This document shows positions 34,022 to 37,310 of a stretch of 37,310 nucleotides of DNA, piece after piece. The notes under the pieces are model-generated. The model searched no databases. It saw only the letters and a list, made by a program, of their open reading frames with translations, and was not told where the DNA came from. The translations under genes and the position numbers were made by a program. The stretch is from assembly GCA_964637495.1 (NCBI GenBank), contig CAZWWJ010000001.1:15569-52878 (forward strand), in the 5' to 3' direction. Each line of letters starts with the position of its first letter. Position 1 is the first letter of the stretch. Source of the DNA: an uncultured Candidatus Peribacteria bacterium (GTDB lineage Bacteria; Patescibacteriota; Gracilibacteria; Absconditabacterales; Absconditicoccaceae).

Positions 34022-34285
34022 TTATATATACTTGTGAATTGCTTTTCTCTGATAACTCAAAAGTCTATTTCACCTGCTTACAGTAGTAATAGATATTCAA
34101 AGTTTGTTTGCTATTTCTCTTTGAGGGATATTTTCTTTCAGTTGTTTCAGGATTTCTATCCTGTCTCATAGTTCACAGATTTCGGCTGGAGTTAACAAAT
34201 CTTCCAGAACCTTTTCGAAATCTTCTTTGTTGTCCACCTGCCAAAGAGTATCTGAAATTATTTTCAGTGATTGATTTAATTCCAT
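34022..34285 (-). CDS. TrpR-like YerC/YecD-family DNA-binding protein, 87 aa
   Basis: MELNQSLKIISDTLWQVDNKEDFEKVLEDLLTPAEICELGDRIEILKQLKENIPQREIANKLGISITTVSRGNRLL, the typical family pattern. ATG 34283-34285 is the first start after an in-frame stop. TAA 34022-34024. Confidence 0.75.
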
Positions 34286-34381
34286 TCTGTTTTATTTTAG
34301 AAGATAAATTTTACTGTATTATTACATTAACATATTTTTTCAAAAACTCAAGAGAATTTTTATGATATTTAAATTTAAAAA

Positions 34382-35404
34382 CTACAAAACACCGCTTTCA
34401 TTTATAAAAACTTTTTGATTATCCATATCCAAAGTCATTTCTGCTCAGATTGGTAGTACAAACATAGGGTCTGTATGCCCAAAATCCATATTTGTAATTA
34501 TTGGCAAATCATCCAAACCAAATTCTTGCCTTACTATTTTCAGGATAGCTTCATTATAGTTATAAGCTTCTTGGGCCCTACCAAAAATCATTCAATTCAA
34601 ATTATGCAAAACTCACTGAGCTCACAAATTCCTAAGTATTCTTTGCACATACTCTTCTGAGGGTCTTTCTTCAGAAAACTCCAAAAACATTATTTTTCAT
34701 TTCCACTCCTCTGCACTTGGCCATATTGATGTTCCAAACAAAAATATAAACACATCAATACATCATCATAACAATTCTCATTTAACTGTTCAAGTTCATT
34801 GCAAAAAATTCCAAGGTACAGTTTCATTCAGTGTTCTTGGAATGTTTTGATTCTTGGGCTCTGCCCAATCCAAAAACTCATTTGTCCATCAGTTATTATT
34901 AGGTTTGATTTCTCATATAGTTTCATTGCTAAACAAAGTCTTTCTAACACTTTCTTTCATATACTCAAACATTCAGCAGTTTTCTGCAAATCAAGCCATA
35001 ATTGCTGGTCAATAATAACTTCTTAATCATGCTTTGTAGCAAATCAAATGAGTAATAGTACTATCAGAATATCACATATATATTTTGGGATTGTTTTTGA
35101 TAACATCAAGATCTATATAGGGCAAAATCCTAATACTATCATCTCATCAAATACTTGAAAATATTGCATCTATACTTGAATCTTCAAAAGCATTCATCAA
35201 ATCTTGGGCTCTTACTTTGGGATTATTATAAACAAATTCCGGATCTTTCAAAGTATGTTCCATCTCTACAACCTGGACACCTAAATCTTGTTCAAGTTGC
35301 TTTTTCCCTGCTTGATATCTATAAGGAAATGCTCAAGGTCATCAAAAAGAGCTAGTAACTACAGCTACTTTTGATCATTTGGATAATTTGTTGGGAATTA
35401 TCAT
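34382..35404 (-). CDS. S66-family serine peptidase (LD-carboxypeptidase LdcA / microcin C7 immunity MccF-like)
   Basis: 340 aa. Motifs: VAVVTSSFGGP, AIFSSIGGDDSIR, GYSDSTITH (nucleophile Ser), ELLGGCIDV, NMDFGHTDP (His). No in-frame TAA/TAG (checked codon by codon). TAG 34382-34384. Confidence 0.85.
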
Positions 35405-35571
35405 TTTTGTAATAGCTAAGAAATAAAGTTAACTGGATAATAACAAATAATTTGGATTTTTCAATCAATAATTAATTTTTAAACACATAAAATTGAAAAA
35501 AACATTGAAAAATCCAATATGTTTTTTATATTCAAATCATCCTGTTTGGAAAAAATACAAGAGGTTTTGTC

Positions 35572-35874
35572 ATGATTAATATCAAAATACTTCCGGTAAA
35601 AATATGTAATCCTTTTGTTTCTAAAAAGACAAGCATGATAGCTTTATCTTTGGTGAAGAATCCTAGACACTGGCGAGTTTATTTCTATGAAACAGACAGG
35701 ATAAGAGAAAAGTGGCTTTTCAACAAGCATACAAAAGACTTTGTAAGCATAAAGTTCCTTAAAAACAGTAGTCAAATGTTTGACGAATGTAACTGTGTTG
35801 TTCTTGGGGAAATTAGAATAAATTCAGTCCAGCTAAAAAACATTGAAAAACAACTACTCAAAGCATTGCTCTAA
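35572..35874 (+). CDS. Hypothetical protein, 100 aa
   Basis: ATG 35572 is preceded by AAGAGG (35559-35564), the only Shine-Dalgarno-like element I saw in the window. TAA 35872-35874 is followed directly by a strong terminator. No family recognised. Confidence 0.5.
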   Translation: MINIKILPVKICNPFVSKKTSMIALSLVKNPRHWRVYFYETDRIREKWLFNKHTKDFVSIKFLKNSSQMFDECNCVVLGEIRINSVQLKNIEKQLLKALL

Positions 35875-35878
35875 CACA

Positions 35879-35910
35879 AGTCAGAGGTATCTTCTCTGAC
35901 TTTTTCTTTT
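35879..35910 (+). terminator. Rho-independent terminator
   Basis: AGTCAGAG gtatctt CTCTGACT forms an 8-bp perfect stem, followed by TTTTTCTTTTG. Confidence 0.65.
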
Positions 35911-35984
35911 GATTTATTTTTTGTTGTTTCTTTCTTTTGATTTCTTATAAAATATGCAGTTTAATAAAATCATAGCTTTAACAA

Positions 35985-36389
35985 ATGATTTATCTAGATT
36001 TCAAGATACACAGGAAATATCTAATAAATTTCTTACTTGCAAACACTAATAATTTTTCGTGTGAAAAATATCAGAATGATATAATAACTTTTCAGAACTT
36101 AGCTCGAGAAAAATCCTCTAGTATTTACAAATTCCTAACAGGACGAACCACTCCAACAGACCTAACCAAAAAGAAACTTGATTATATATTAACCAACCTA
36201 ACAAAATATTATTATGAATTAGAAAATAAGGAAGTTTTCCAAAAATTATACCACCAAACAAAAGAATACAAAAAATTTTGCAAATCACAGCGAAAAAAAA
36301 TTTTGAAAAAAGTTATAGTATTATTAAAAACATCCTATGATTTTCTCCACAAGGAAAATATACAGTTTATATCACCCATCCTGGTATAA
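35985..36389 (+). CDS. Hypothetical protein with helix-turn-helix-like segment, 134 aa
   Basis: ORF from ATG 35985 to TAA 36387-36389. ITFQNLAREKSSSIYKFLTGRTTPTDL looks like an XRE-type HTH. The start is uncertain. Confidence 0.4.
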   Translation: MIYLDFKIHRKYLINFLLANTNNFSCEKYQNDIITFQNLAREKSSSIYKFLTGRTTPTDLTKKKLDYILTNLTKYYYELENKEVFQKLYHQTKEYKKFCKSQRKKILKKVIVLLKTSYDFLHKENIQFISPILV

Positions 36390-36481
36390 AAAACTGACAG
36401 TATCTTTGAAAAAACCAGATACAGTGGGGAAACAAAGAATCTTTTGAAAATCATACCACAGTTTATCTCTGGCATGAAATT

Positions 36482-36709
36482 ATGCATAGTTTTTTTGGAT
36501 ATTCTGATATTGAGCATGTCATAATACAGTTTATCTATGATGAAGAGCTTAGAACACAATTAAACTGATGAGATTACCCTCCTTTTATAGGTCATCCTGA
36601 GCTAAACAATTTAATGGAACAAATTTATCCTTACCGAAAAAAATATCTAATAACAAACAAAAAAAACATATATTATTTCAAAGACAAAATGGAAAAAATT
36701 TTCAGTTAA
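36482..36709 (+). CDS. Hypothetical protein, 75 aa
   Basis: Runs from ATG 36482 to TAA 36707-36709, with two adjacent in-frame TGA (LNGGDYPPF). The frame is open upstream to 36230, but there is no ATG/GTG/TTG between 36281 and 36482. Confidence 0.3.
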
Positions 36710-36801
36710 CCAAAAAATAAATTACAACTTAATTTATCAAGTGTATTTAAGTTTTTAAACACATACTCTACGAAATTTTCCAAAAAATCAGACAAAAAAA
36801 T

Positions 36802-37310
36802 TTAATTGTTTTTAAAAATCCTTTTAAAAAGCTTTTCTTCGTTGCCTAAATAGATTTCTCTCAAAACCTCAAGTGCAAATTCTTTTACCTTAAAATTATA
36901 ACTTGCAATAGTATCCAAAAAATCAGACCAACCAAGTTTGATTACTTTTATTTTTTCTCAGTCTTCTTCTATATTTTGTTCTTGGATTTTTTTGCAGTTT
37001 CTTGCAATAAATATATTGCTATTAAAAGCTATTTTTGAAGATAATTTATAAGAGTTGAACAACTCCCAGTCATTACTTACAAGTCATGTTTCTTCCAATA
37101 ATTCTCTTTTTGCTGTTTCTATTGGTTCTTCTCAAGATTCACAAGTTCATCAAACCAATCAATAATAAACTTCTCTTCAAGGTTGTTTTTCTTCCAAAAT
37201 AATTATTTCTCAGGTTTCTAGTATAGCTATAACATCTACGGTATCCTCTCTTTTAATTTTCTCAAAAATTTGTTTGCTTCAATCAAACATCTCCTGCTCC
37301 CATTGATAAA
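36802..37310 (-). CDS. NUDIX hydrolase (5' end may lie beyond the window; an internal ATG at 37288-37290 would give 162 aa)
   Basis: Complete NUDIX box G-G-T-C-E-S-G-E-E-P-I-E-T-A-K-R-E-L-L-E-E-T-G-L. Four of its Gly are encoded by TGA (three of them at 37132-37134, 37147-37149, 37150-37152). TAA 36802-36804. The frame is open to 37310. Confidence 0.8.

Noticed and set aside
35572-36389. Possible foreign island using the standard code, because two consecutive ORFs (234 codons) contain no TGA.
   Set aside because: Each protein has only a single Gly. Native orphan genes in the window also show TGA-free runs of 110-144 codons (for example 12378..12812), and the next ORF (36482..36709) uses TGA twice. 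The absence is explained by composition.
36335-36559. 74-aa minus-strand track ORF.
   Set aside because: It overlaps the end of the 134-aa plus-strand ORF and the start of the 75-aa one, has a hydrophobic low-complexity composition, and has no supporting signals.
35954-36709. A frameshifted pseudogene or programmed frameshift linking the 31-aa ORF (35954-36049), the 134-aa ORF and the 75-aa ORF.
   Set aside because: There is no slippery motif, no homology spanning the junctions that I can recognise, and overlapping open frames are common in AT-rich DNA. It is kept only as an uncertainty note.

Overview
This is an AT-rich (roughly 70% A+T by eye) bacterial chromosomal segment. Its genes only make sense if TGA is translated as glycine. 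That is translation table 25, the code of Candidatus Gracilibacteria (BD1-5) and Absconditabacteria (SR1) in the candidate phyla radiation. The supplied standard-code ORF track is therefore misleading: it cuts every real gene at in-frame TGA and reports many antisense shadow ORFs. Re-reading all six frames by hand with TGA=Gly gives 39 CDS plus one tRNA-Lys(UUU). The window is about 91% coding by my own coordinate tally. Every stop visible in the window is TAA (30) or TAG (8). The content falls into four groups. (1) A housekeeping core: tsaD, tmk, typA, metG, hisS, proS, rpoD, trxB and ribosomal proteins S12, S7, L19, L25, L28. (2) A set of monoderm-style envelope genes: sortase, a FemXAB-family transferase, a TagA/WecG-type glycosyltransferase, a TagD-like cytidylyltransferase, an M23 plus GH73-like murein hydrolase, an S66 LD-carboxypeptidase (MccF-like) and a C45 Ntn peptidase/acyltransferase. 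(3) A large secreted protein with thrombospondin type-3 and PKD repeats. (4) Fourteen lineage-specific ORFs with no family I can recognise. I saw no rRNA, CRISPR array, transposase, integrase or prophage signature. All functional calls rest on motif recognition by eye, not on database searches. Start codons are the least certain part of each call.
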